Below are positions 10,167-18,216 of a DNA stretch of 61,471 nucleotides, in pieces. The position numbers and the translations under genes are program-made. The DNA is from Candidatus Berkelbacteria bacterium. Its GTDB lineage: Bacteria; Patescibacteriota; UBA1384; DTJR01. The stretch is from contig JAOUGE010000006.1 of assembly GCA_029865605.1 (NCBI GenBank), positions 1-61,471 of the forward strand, written 5' to 3'. The notes under the pieces are model-generated. The model searched no databases. It was not told the DNA's origin and was given only the letters and a program-made list of their open reading frames with translations. The number at the start of each line of letters is the position of its first letter. The first letter of the stretch is position 1.

Positions 10167-10201
10167 AGTTAAAAGTTAAAAGGGTAAAGTTGAAAGTTAT
10201 T
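10167..10201. repeat. Five phased heptads AAGTTAA/AAGTTAA/AAGGGTA/AAGTTGA/AAGTTAT
   Basis: Direct reading. Spans the junction between the galE-like stop and the GT2 start. Confidence 0.8.
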
Positions 10202-11129
10202 TATTTGATCTGTTTCTGTACCACTCAACCGTTCGCTTGACTCCCTCTTCGAATTCAACTTCGGGTTTCCAACCAAGGTCTTGATAGGCCTTCTGGTAAG
10301 ATAGGGAGCTGGCTTTTTGCTCGCCCTCCTTGGCCTCAACATGTTTAACTTCGCTTTGAGAATCCGTAGCTGCCTGGACGATTTCAGCCAGTTTGTTGAC
10401 CGATGTTTCAACACCGGTGCCGATATTGTAGGTGCCCGAGCCGTCAAATTCAAGAGCAGCTAAATTAACCGCGACTACATCGCCGACATAAACATAGTCG
10501 CGGGTTTGCTCGCCGTCTCCCCAAACCTCGATTGGCTCTTCTTTAAGCATTTTAGGCGTAAAAATCGAGATTACTCCTGCCTCGCCGTGGGGGTTCTGGC
10601 GGGGCCCGTAAACATTGGCGTACCTTAAGCAAATCGTCTTTAGCGAAGGGTTTCGACCTTTGAAGTACTCGATAAAACGTTCGGCAGAGAGCTTATCCAT
10701 GCCATAGGGGCTGATTGGCCTTTCTTCAGCTGTCTCCGGCGTCGGCCGCTCGACATCATCGCCGTAAATCGCCCCGCCGGTTGAAGAATAAATGAACTTT
10801 TTAACTTCGTATTCTTCGGCCAAAGTCAGCAGATTGACCGTGCCAATGACGTTTACTTTAATATCTTTGAGCGGATCTTCGACGCTGTGGCGGACGTTGA
10901 TTTGAGCGGCAAGGTGAAAGATAGCCTCCGGAGAGAATTTTTCAAAGATCTCTTCGAGAATTTCGCGGGAAGTGATATCGCCCTCATAAAACTTGGCCTT
11001 TTGATTAATGTTTTCTTTGAGACCGGTTGAAAGGTTGTCGACAATTGCGACCTCGTGATCCTTTTCAATTAGAGCATCAACAATATTTGAACCAATAAAC
11101 CCCGCCCCCCCAGTGACTAATATTTTCAT
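10197..11129 (-). CDS. galE: UDP-glucose 4-epimerase-like NAD-dependent epimerase
   Basis: MKILVTGGAGFIGSN Rossmann motif and YGMDK (YxxxK). Start reset to the ATG at 11129, which has a GAGGGT SD. Confidence 0.8.
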   Translation of the reverse strand: MKILVTGGAGFIGSNIVDALIEKDHEVAIVDNLSTGLKENINQKAKFYEGDITSREILEEIFEKFSPEAIFHLAAQINVRHSVEDPLKDIKVNVIGTVNLLTLAEEYEVKKFIYSSTGGAIYGDDVERPTPETAEERPISPYGMDKLSAERFIEYFKGRNPSLKTICLRYANVYGPRQNPHGEAGVISIFTPKMLKEEPIEVWGDGEQTRDYVYVGDVVAVNLAALEFDGSGTYNIGTGVETSVNKLAEIVQAATDSQSEVKHVEAKEGEQKASSLSYQKAYQDLGWKPEVEFEEGVKRTVEWYRNRSNK

Positions 11130-11195
11130 AATACCCTCGCTCTTATTTTGCATTCTTATTTAACCACCGAGAAGCTATTAGGTAAAGACCATTCC

Positions 11196-11224
11196 TTGAC
11201 TCAACGGGTTGAAAATGCTATTTT
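11196..11224 (+). promoter_or_regulatory. Sigma70-like promoter TTGACT-17-TATTTT upstream of island B
   Basis: Hexamers and spacing read directly. The TCAAC-GGG-TTGA inverted repeat overlaps the -35. Confidence 0.4.
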
Positions 11225-11301
11225 CAAACGAGCTCTTTGCTGTATTGTAGCAGAGATCGTACCTTACATCGCGATAACGCTACCCAAGGGAGGGTAACCA
11301 G

Positions 11302-12615
11302 ATGGGAAGAAAACGTCCCCTTGACACGGGCGGTCTCAAGCACCTGCTTCATCTTGATCCGGCCGCGCTGGCTGGCAGGTTTCGTAACAACCCCGATCAG
11401 CTCTGTGAAGCGTTGGTTCTCTGCGATAGGGTCAAGGGAAGGGGCTCGGGTGGGGCGGCAGACAAACTGGCCCGGGCCATCAACTGTCTCGATCAAACAG
11501 CGATGAGGCGGTTCCTCGCAGAGCTTGTGAGGAATACCTCGCATCTGGCAGAGATGGGTGTGACGGGATTGGCCCTTGTCGGGGTCGTGCTTGGGGGGGT
11601 GGAGGATGATGAGCTAGCTCAGCAGATCGCAAAGCTAGCGATCTCCTCTGGATCAAGCTCTCTCACCAGGCTGGTTGATATGGGCCAGAGATCGTCGGGC
11701 AGGCACAGGACGGACATTCTGGCTGCAGTTACGGGCTATGTTTTGCCCTGCCTGCGCCAGGGCCTTATGCCTCTTGCTGTCTCTGACGAAGGAGGACGGG
11801 GGAGGCTGAAGGTGAGCCGCATAGATGACCCAAAAGGCGTGATCGAGCTGAGGGGGCTAGACTGGAAACTGCCCGGTGCTACTGCGAATGACGTGAAGTG
11901 GCTCTGTGCGGTCGTTGATGCCGCCCTCTCTGCTTCGAAGATGCCGGAGGAGGGGCTGGGGATTGTCCGAGCAGTTAGTGTGCAAGCAGACGAAGTTGTG
12001 GCTGGGATTCGCCTGCTCTGGCAGGAGATCAGTGAGGCTGTCGGAAGCGGGAGGGGGAGGTCTCTCAAACGCTGGGTTCCGCCCGATGGTCTGATGGAGG
12101 TTAGATTCGAGCTTGCTGGGTGCACGTGCTACCAGCTCGGCTACCACCTTGCTCGCCTTTACCCAAGGGCGGAGCAGTTCCCGCTGATTGACCTTGCGTT
12201 TGAGTTCTTGCACTTCGGTCTCAAGCGGAAGGTCACGGCATCACTGGGGGAGAATGGGCTGCTCGACCTACTGGAGGGGTTCGGACTGGGCAGCAACCAG
12301 TGGGCACTTCTGGCGCTCCTGAACCAGGCGCTTGTCCAGGAGCTTCACCGTCTCGCTTTCTCCCGGGGGTACTGTGACAACGGTAGGAAGGCCAAAGGTA
12401 GCGAGGCGAACGGCGACGGCGTGGCTGTTTTGCCTCACTTGGTTGACCTACGGCGCTGTGGCCGCATGCCGAGCATAGCGGCGCTTGAGCGTGCAAGGCA
12501 GTGTGGCTTCGCACCGCCGCCTGGTTACACCTTCGCGATGTCGCCAGCCCTAAAGTGTCACTCGACCCATCCCAATGTTCGGCCAAGGGTGGTCGAGCTG
12601 ACGCTTGGCGTGTGA
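11302..12615 (+). CDS. Hypothetical protein (437 aa, ORFan by eye)
   Basis: Longest ORF in the island. GGGAGGG SD lies 7 nt upstream of the ATG. I recognised no motif. Confidence 0.55.
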   Translation: MGRKRPLDTGGLKHLLHLDPAALAGRFRNNPDQLCEALVLCDRVKGRGSGGAADKLARAINCLDQTAMRRFLAELVRNTSHLAEMGVTGLALVGVVLGGVEDDELAQQIAKLAISSGSSSLTRLVDMGQRSSGRHRTDILAAVTGYVLPCLRQGLMPLAVSDEGGRGRLKVSRIDDPKGVIELRGLDWKLPGATANDVKWLCAVVDAALSASKMPEEGLGIVRAVSVQADEVVAGIRLLWQEISEAVGSGRGRSLKRWVPPDGLMEVRFELAGCTCYQLGYHLARLYPRAEQFPLIDLAFEFLHFGLKRKVTASLGENGLLDLLEGFGLGSNQWALLALLNQALVQELHRLAFSRGYCDNGRKAKGSEANGDGVAVLPHLVDLRRCGRMPSIAALERARQCGFAPPPGYTFAMSPALKCHSTHPNVRPRVVELTLGV

Positions 12616-12620
12616 TTCCT

Positions 12621-12659
12621 GGGGCGCCCGCCTCCGCACATGCGGAGTCGAGGCGCCCC
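12621..12659 (+). repeat. Nested GC hairpin GGGGCGCC[..CTCCGC-ACAT-GCGGAG..]GGCGCCCC
   Basis: Direct reading. Starts 6 nt after the island B stop. Confidence 0.7.
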
Positions 12660-12683
12660 GAAAGGACAAAAAACACTGAAAAA

Positions 12684-12705
12684 ATCCGCAACGGCGGATT
12701 TTTTG
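12684..12705 (+). terminator. Intrinsic terminator ATCCGC-AACG-GCGGAT + T6
   Basis: Stem plus U-run, preceded by an A-run (could act bidirectionally). Confidence 0.7.
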
Positions 12706-12771
12706 GTAGCTGGTATTCAGTATCAAGTATCTAGTATATATACATGATACATACTACTGGATACTGACTAC
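12705..12771. repeat. AT-rich imperfect palindrome rich in GTAT/ATAC words
   Basis: TCAGTATC at 12717-24 pairs with GATACTGA at 12760-67. Inner AGTAT/ATACT and GTAT/ATAC pairs are centred on TATATATA. Confidence 0.55.
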
Positions 12772-12778
12772 TTAATTT

Positions 12779-13333
12779 TTAGAGTCTGAAAATCCGAATC
12801 AGCTTATCGGAGAGCATTTCACCTTTCTCGAACTGCTCGGGTAAAAATCTTAAAAGAAAACCTCTTAAATCAGTTACATTTTGCTTGCCCAGAGGGATAA
12901 CAATTGGTGTTCTGAGCCGATGAACAGGCTCGAGATAGAGAATAATCCTTGTCCCATGGCGGGCGACCCAGAAAGACTTCAGTTCTAAATAAGGAATGTA
13001 CTCGTTGCGGGCAAGAATTCCGCCTTCATCTATGGCAAATTCCTCACCTTTTGGTTTCTCATGAGCAATTTGAAAAGTAACAATCACTGCAAGAATGATT
13101 ATGATGACCGGGAAATAATTTTGAGTATAGATAAGGATTAACGAAAAAACGATCGCCAGGGCCCCGACGCCAAAAGACCAGTAGGGGCTTTTCTCGAAAG
13201 TGTAGTAATCCGGTGCCTGCCAGCGGATAACTTTAGCCGCGCCCAAGAATTCCTTCGGCTTTTGGACCTTCGTAGCCTGTTTCTTCTCGGGTTCCTTCTT
13301 AGTTCCCTTCTTTGCTTTCTTCGTCTTTGCCAT
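12779..13333 (-). CDS. Hypothetical membrane protein with Lys-rich N-terminus
   Basis: 184 aa: a KKxK-rich N-terminus, two TM segments, then a soluble C-terminal domain. Confidence 0.6.
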   Translation of the reverse strand: MAKTKKAKKGTKKEPEKKQATKVQKPKEFLGAAKVIRWQAPDYYTFEKSPYWSFGVGALAIVFSLILIYTQNYFPVIIIILAVIVTFQIAHEKPKGEEFAIDEGGILARNEYIPYLELKSFWVARHGTRIILYLEPVHRLRTPIVIPLGKQNVTDLRGFLLRFLPEQFEKGEMLSDKLIRIFRL

Positions 13334-13346
13334 TTTCTTTAAGACA

Positions 13347-13355
13347 ATTATACCA
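13347..13355 (-). promoter_or_regulatory. Extended -10 TGGTATAAT
   Basis: Exact 9-mer on the minus strand, 14 nt upstream of the ATG at 13333. Implies a very short leader. Confidence 0.5.
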
Positions 13356-13468
13356 TTTTATCAGCGAAGTAGTATTTGAGGGTAGACACTAGAAGCTGGA
13401 AGAGCCTAGCCTCTATTCCTCTAGCTTCTAGCATCAATAGTTGTCTAAAAGGGATGTTGGGACGAGGA

Positions 13469-13963
13469 TCACCATTTATCGAGATGAATTTTTTCTTTTT
13501 GAAACTCGCTCTCTTGATGCGGCGGGAGTTTTTGGGCCGGATGGCCGAGAGGGATAATATTGATAATCATAAAATTATCCGGAATATTCAAGATTTCTTT
13601 GATTTTCTCGGCTCGCTCTCCGTTGACATTTTTCCAAACTGCTCCCAAGCCAAGCGCTTCTACTTGGAGGAAAATGAAGGCCGAGGCAATGGATAAGTCT
13701 TGGATCGGCAGAGTTGTTTTAACTTCGTCAATTACCGGAATTATTAAAGCCGGCGCTTTGGCCAGAAAAGGCTGTTCGAAGCCCTCAAAGATTTTGTCTT
13801 TGATTTTTTGATCGCGGACTATGACGAACTCCCAGGCGCGGGTATTTCGCTCTGTCGGAGCAAATTGAGCCGCTTTAACGATTTCTTCTAAATCCTCGTC
13901 TGAAACCGGCTCGTCCGTAAACTGCCTGATGCTTCTTCGGCTTGCAATCTCTTTAATGATCAT
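13469..13963 (-). CDS. Nitroreductase family protein
   Basis: RRSIRQFTDEPVSDEDLEEIVKAAQFAPT is a typical family N-terminus. Confidence 0.8.
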   Translation of the reverse strand: MIIKEIASRRSIRQFTDEPVSDEDLEEIVKAAQFAPTERNTRAWEFVIVRDQKIKDKIFEGFEQPFLAKAPALIIPVIDEVKTTLPIQDLSIASAFIFLQVEALGLGAVWKNVNGERAEKIKEILNIPDNFMIINIIPLGHPAQKLPPHQESEFQKEKIHLDKW

Positions 13964-14048
13964 TTTTATCTTGCTTTGTATTCTATCACGTTAGAAGTCT
14001 TTTTTGGGTGAGTGGATTCTTCAGATTTAGGTCCTCTCTTGATACTTT

Positions 14049-14540
14049 TCACATCAAAATAAGCGGCAGGATTCCACCGATGAGAATTATTGCCAAGATG
14101 ACAAATACTTTTATTAGTTCTTCTTTAAGGGAGTCTCCGCAATGGAATACATTGATCGCGTAGTAAATTAGAATCAGGGTAAACACCAGCGAAAAATAGA
14201 TTACGGAAAGCGTTTTTGAAAAGGTCGCGGCTATTAGCCCAGTAACGTTTAAGATGAAGTTATTGCCCAAAACCGTTGTTATCCAACCGAATCGGTCAAA
14301 AAGTCTGATTTTGCTTCTGAAGCCCACCTTAGCGTAGGCTAGGCCCGAAATAAAAAGGAGGGGAATAGCCAGCACCAGTTGGGCGATGATGTAAATATTG
14401 AACTTTTCCGGCCCGAGCGTCCAAATCAGGGTCAATATGAGAAAGAGACTTCCCATCATCGCCCCGTTAATTGTGACTCTGGAAATGCTCTTTTCCGGAT
14501 TCTTGGTTGGTTGATGTAGGGGAATGCCTCTTGCGTTCAT
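14049..14540 (-). CDS. Hypothetical polytopic membrane protein
   Basis: 163 aa with 4-5 hydrophobic segments. Confidence 0.55.
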   Translation of the reverse strand: MNARGIPLHQPTKNPEKSISRVTINGAMMGSLFLILTLIWTLGPEKFNIYIIAQLVLAIPLLFISGLAYAKVGFRSKIRLFDRFGWITTVLGNNFILNVTGLIAATFSKTLSVIYFSLVFTLILIYYAINVFHCGDSLKEELIKVFVILAIILIGGILPLILM

Positions 14541-14579
14541 TTATATATTTCTAGTTTTCCTATTCACTTTGGCTTCCAG

Positions 14580-14666
14580 CGGAGAGGGTGGGATTCGAAC
14601 CCACGGGGGGATTGCTCCCCCAACACATTAGCAGTGTGCTCGATTAAACCACTCTCGCACCTCTCC
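14580..14666 (-). tRNA. tRNA-Ser (anticodon GCU), class II with long variable arm
   Basis: Manual fold gives acceptor GGAGAGG/CCTCTCC, anticodon loop CTGCTAA, variable arm GGGGGAGCAATCCCCCC and T-arm GTGGG-TTCGAAT-CCCAC. No encoded CCA. Confidence 0.85.
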
Positions 14667-14696
14667 GCCAGAAGCCAAAATCTTCAAGTTAATGAG

Positions 14697-14814
14697 CTGG
14701 TGGGATTTTTACCCCGCTTCGCGGGGCGAACCCGTTTCGAGTTCCACCCCCGAAACCCTCTGCGAGCTCAACAAATTAGCAGTGTGCTGCATTCGACCGC
14801 TCTGCCACCTCTCC
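14697..14814 (-). pseudogene. Disrupted second tRNA-Ser(GCU)
   Basis: The 5' 46 nt (14769-14814) fold as acceptor, D-arm and anticodon arm with a CTGCTAA loop, including compensatory D-stem changes. No matching 3' acceptor strand exists. The T-loop halves TTCG and AATCCCAC are separated by CCCCGCGAAGCGGGGTAAA. Confidence 0.6.
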
Positions 14815-14883
14815 AAATCAAATAGATTTTATCAGATTGGGGAAGGGAACTCAATTGCTAAGACTTGTCTGGCCTTCTTGAAA

Positions 14884-14912
14884 TTGACTCTCGGTTGGTA
14901 ATTTGCTTCAAT
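14884..14912 (+). promoter_or_regulatory. Candidate promoter TTGACT-17-TTCAAT upstream of island C
   Basis: Hexamers read directly. The TTGACTC..GGTTG context resembles the island B promoter. Confidence 0.3.
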
Positions 14913-14932
14913 TTTAGCACGATCGATGATAA

Positions 14933-14987
14933 CCCCCGCGGGGGCCGCTCCGCTTTAGCGGAGCCAAATCCTCCGCGCTGGCGGGGG
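14933..14987 (+). repeat. Three consecutive GC hairpins in the island C leader
   Basis: CCCCCGCGGGGG, then GCTCCGC-TTTA-GCGGAGC, then CCTCCGC-GCTG-GCGGGGG. Confidence 0.7.
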
Positions 14988-15014
14988 TATCCGAAGCACG
15001 TTGAGGTGATTGCG

Positions 15015-16424
15015 ATGTCTGCTGTCAGTCTGGGTCCGCGGCCGAGGATCGCTCCCGTTCAGGGGCGGCTGTTTCCGAGCAGTCTCATCGTGGCTGTCTT
15101 CGGTGTTGGCCGCGATATGTTGAGCATCTACCGGTACACGGCCAGCGGTGTTGAGAAGACCGACATCTCTATCCCGTGGACGCAAGCGGAATCCCAAGAC
15201 GGTGTTGCGCTCCAATGCTGGGACGCCGAGTGGCTCGAGGGGATGATGCATAACCTGGTTGACGAGGCCGGTGAGGAAGGACTCCTTGGCCTCGCCGCGC
15301 CAGGGGCAGACCTCTACGTTGAGGGCTGCCCGATTCTCCACTATCGGACGCTCATGAAGAGGATTCCCGACCTGGTCGCGCGGGCGACCGAAATCGTTCC
15401 CGCCGAACATCTCTATGTGGATCTGGGCGGGGCAGCAGTTCAGCCGTTCAATGCCCTCTACCAGTGTGTTGCCTACCGCGATCTGCTCGGGTGTAACCCG
15501 GCAGAAGACGGAAGGACAGTCTGTACACTGGTCGATCGGCTGACTGAGTGGGCCTGCCGGACCGGCGAGGTCCGCGCCGAGCTGCAGATGGCTCAGAGCC
15601 AAGGGCTCCTCCAGCCTTGCCAAGAAGAGGTCTACCAGGCCCTCGGGCTGGCCGCTTTCTACGGCCGGCTCTCCGATAGCAACTTCTTCGGAGCGGATGA
15701 TCTGGTCCGAGCGCCAAATGGCGCCTGGGTGATGCCGGCGACTCACGACTCCGTCTGGGCTCGCCTGATCGGATACCTGATGGCGCCATGGGTTCTCTGG
15801 ACCGGCGGCTGGATCGGCTGGGCTCGCCTGATCGGTGAGGACGAGCAGGTCCTCCCCGTTTCTTCGTTTCTCGGGGCGGGGATCGCCTTCGAAGGTGTCG
15901 GGAACGGAGTTGCCTCTGTCGTTGGCAACGTCGGGATGCACGGGGCTGTCTACTCAGCGCTCCGGGCGCATCTTGGCTGGAGCTTCGACCAGATGTCGCC
16001 CGCCGCCCAGCGGCACCTGCCGTGGGACGGCGAGCGGCTCGATGTCGAGGCAGTCAAGCCCGAGGAAGGGGCGCTTCACGCTTTCGTTTCGGGCTTGGTT
16101 AGCAAGCTCGGCAGGGAGCGAGCCTGCGCTGCCGTTGTCGCTTCCTCTGCCTTGGACTGCGCGGAAGCTCTTCAGCGCGCCTCGTCGGCTCTGGAAGTTG
16201 CCTGTCCTTCGGAACTTGCCGTGGTCGGCGGCTGGTACCACAACCGGGCCTTTGGCGAGGCTCTCGGTGACTGTGGCTTTAAGGTTGACTACCCGGCCTT
16301 CGGCGGCAGCGCTACCGAAGACGGGGTGGCCGCGGAGGCGCTTCGTCGCTGGTCGATTCAGGAGGGTGCCTCTGGACTGACCTTCAAGCAGGCCCATCAG
16401 GCGATCGCCGAGATGAGGGGGTAG
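15015..16424 (+). CDS. ASKHA-fold protein, FGGY/rhamnulokinase-like, probably catalytically degenerate
   Basis: Start set at the ATG with a GAGGTGA SD. VAVFGVGRDML compares with the kinase motif vAvDlGasSGR, PATHDSVWA with the rhamnulokinase ATHDTASA, and VVGGWYHNRAFGEAL with the C-terminal GGG..N motif. Confidence 0.5.
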   Translation: MSAVSLGPRPRIAPVQGRLFPSSLIVAVFGVGRDMLSIYRYTASGVEKTDISIPWTQAESQDGVALQCWDAEWLEGMMHNLVDEAGEEGLLGLAAPGADLYVEGCPILHYRTLMKRIPDLVARATEIVPAEHLYVDLGGAAVQPFNALYQCVAYRDLLGCNPAEDGRTVCTLVDRLTEWACRTGEVRAELQMAQSQGLLQPCQEEVYQALGLAAFYGRLSDSNFFGADDLVRAPNGAWVMPATHDSVWARLIGYLMAPWVLWTGGWIGWARLIGEDEQVLPVSSFLGAGIAFEGVGNGVASVVGNVGMHGAVYSALRAHLGWSFDQMSPAAQRHLPWDGERLDVEAVKPEEGALHAFVSGLVSKLGRERACAAVVASSALDCAEALQRASSALEVACPSELAVVGGWYHNRAFGEALGDCGFKVDYPAFGGSATEDGVAAEALRRWSIQEGASGLTFKQAHQAIAEMRG

Positions 16425-16461
16425 CTGGGTCCTCTCTTCCAGGCCACAAAGTGGCCTTACC

Positions 16462-16495
16462 GGCCCCGACTCCGCTAGAAGCGGATGTCGGGGCC
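16462..16495 (+). repeat. 15-bp GC hairpin GGCCCCGACTCCGCT-AGA-AGCGGATGTCGGGGCC
   Basis: Direct reading, one bulged T. Preceded by the AGGCCAC-AAA-GTGGCCT hairpin at 16441-16457. Confidence 0.7.
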
Positions 16496-16532
16496 GTGTC
16501 GTATCTTTCATTTCGCGTGGTAAAATTCTCTT

Positions 16533-17690
16533 GTGAAGCAAAACATTTTAAAATTTTTAACGATTTTCTTTTTTGCTCTGGCGGTTTATTCGTTTTTCGC
16601 TCCCGGAAGCTATCAACCCCGCCACTATTTCGTGCCTTTGGCTAGCTCTATCTTACACGGCCGGCTTGATATCGCTCCCAACGGTGACACCTTAAACGAA
16701 CTTGTCTGCCGCTCTAATAAATGTTTTGTCGTCTATCCCCCGGCGCCGGCGCTGGCGGCGATCCTCTTCGTTTTGATTTTCGGGGCGGGCATTAATCAGG
16801 TTATTCCTTCAGTCGTTTACGCCGCTTTGGCAGTGGCCATATTTTATTTTTTGACTAGGGAATTTTTCAAACAAAGGTGGATTCAGATTTCACTGACTCT
16901 GCTTTTCGGTTTCGGGACGAATTTCTTTTACACTTCGCTTTCCGGTTCGGCTTGGTATTTTTCCCATATTATGGTTGTTCTCTTTTCTGTTTTGGCTCTA
17001 TTTTTCGCTGTCCGAAAAAAGCCCGTTTTAGCCGGCTTGATGTTGGTTGGTGCCTTTTGGTCGCGCCTGCCGGCGATTTTCCTTTTTCCGGCCCTTTTGT
17101 ATCTAGTTTTACGAGAAAGAAAGCGGGGGGAGCGCCTCAAGCCGTTTCTTAAATTATTATTGCCAGTTGTTGGCGGGATAGTAATAATCGCTCTTTATAA
17201 TTATTATCGTTTCGGCAGTTTTCTGCAGTCCGGTTATTCGCTCATACCTGGAGTGCTGGAAGAAGTTTGGTATGAGAGAGGAATATTTGACTTGACTTAT
17301 ATTCCACGCAATCTTGAGGTGATTTTTGCGAGTATGCCAAAGTTCTTGAGCTCCTTTCCATATCTTAATTTTTCAAATTTTGGGACGGCAATGTGGGTGG
17401 TTACGCCCGCACTCCTGCTTCTTATCGTTACCAAACTCAAAGATAAGTTGGCGATAGTTTTTCTTATGAGCGCTCTTTTGATAGCCATACCGAGTCTTCT
17501 TCATGGCGCGCCGGGTTTTTCCCAGTTCGGCTACCGTTTTTCGCTTGATTATATAGTTCTTCTTATAGTTGCTCTTGGGTTTGTTTTTCGACGCCTTGGC
17601 CCGAAAATCAGCTTGCCTCTCGTTGGGCTTTCGGTCGCAATTAATTTCTGGGCAGTCCTATTGTTTTACCTCGGGCGCTTTGGCACTTGA
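16533..17690 (+). CDS. Polytopic membrane protein, GT-C (ArnT/PMT_2-like) putative glycosyltransferase
   Basis: 385 aa with about 10 TM segments. GTG start. Confidence 0.55.
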   Translation: MKQNILKFLTIFFFALAVYSFFAPGSYQPRHYFVPLASSILHGRLDIAPNGDTLNELVCRSNKCFVVYPPAPALAAILFVLIFGAGINQVIPSVVYAALAVAIFYFLTREFFKQRWIQISLTLLFGFGTNFFYTSLSGSAWYFSHIMVVLFSVLALFFAVRKKPVLAGLMLVGAFWSRLPAIFLFPALLYLVLRERKRGERLKPFLKLLLPVVGGIVIIALYNYYRFGSFLQSGYSLIPGVLEEVWYERGIFDLTYIPRNLEVIFASMPKFLSSFPYLNFSNFGTAMWVVTPALLLLIVTKLKDKLAIVFLMSALLIAIPSLLHGAPGFSQFGYRFSLDYIVLLIVALGFVFRRLGPKISLPLVGLSVAINFWAVLLFYLGRFGT

Positions 17691-17762
17691 CAGGTTCCAA
17701 TTTATTAGTTGGCGATGATCATAGTTGGTTTCCTTGCTATTTTTATGGTTGGGATTCAATTG

Positions 17763-17771
17763 TGGTATAAT
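17763..17771 (+). promoter_or_regulatory. Extended -10 TGGTATAAT with no obvious downstream gene
   Basis: Exact 9-mer, identical to those at 18021 and 13347 (minus strand). Confidence 0.4.
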
Positions 17772-18020
17772 ATAGGCGTGCTCAGAATTTTTGCCGACAA
17801 TCAGTAGCTCCTGTGCCCGAGTTTGCCCGATAGGTGCCTCTCCCGTATCGTAGTCGGGATGACGCAAGGAGGGCAGGCAAGCCAGGGTAGAGCAGGACAG
17901 ACCCGGCGAATCTCATCTATATAAGGAGGGCCTTTTGGTTTTTGTGTTTATGTATATTTTGAAGGTCAAGTGTTTGTGTTAAATAAAATAAATATTCAAA
18001 TTGTTTTTAAAGGGTCTAAT

Positions 18021-18029
18021 TGGTATAAT
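18021..18029 (+). promoter_or_regulatory. Extended -10 TGGTATAAT for the tRNA-Arg/ilvA transcription unit
   Basis: Exact 9-mer, 12 nt upstream of the tRNA 5' end. Confidence 0.55.
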
Positions 18030-18041
18030 TACGGTAGTTAA

Positions 18042-18117
18042 GCCCTCGTAGTTCAGCGGATAGAACGTCGGCTTCCGGAGCCGAAGGTCAGGGGTTCAAA
18101 TCCTCTCGAGGGCGCCA
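18042..18117 (+). tRNA. tRNA-Arg (anticodon CCG), CCA encoded
   Basis: Acceptor GCCCTCG/CGAGGGC, anticodon loop TTCCGGA, T-loop TTCAAAT. Confidence 0.85.
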
Positions 18118-18216
18118 GAATCGAAGATTATTTGGTGACCGGAGGATTTGAAGGCCGGACCCCGCCATGGCGGGGGAGGCGGGGTCGCGGAAATTTTTAG
18201 CAGAAAATTATCTGTG

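Larger units (their letters stand above)
11260..12660. other. GC-rich island B
   Basis: Composition shift at both ends. Single ORF. Confidence 0.7.
14925..16500. other. GC-rich island C
   Basis: A hand count of 15001-15060 gives 37/60 G+C. Composition shifts at both ends. Confidence 0.75.

Noticed and set aside
708-10201. Possibility that the heptad tracts or recurring GC hairpins form a CRISPR array, or that (CCCTTTA)n is telomere-like.
   Set aside because: The units are 7 nt and contiguous, with no spacers and no 25-40-nt repeats at regular spacing. The GC hairpins are single and kilobases apart. The tracts are internal and only 4-5 units long.
14955-15941. 328-aa ORF antisense to the island C gene. 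Similar long alternative-frame ORFs occur in other islands, for example 11736..12125, 11857..12213, 12233..12691, 15835..16380 and 24248..24634.
   Set aside because: They are stop-codon-poor shadows expected in about 62% G+C DNA. The products are Arg/Pro/Gly-rich low-complexity sequence, they lack SD sites, and they overlap better-supported frames.
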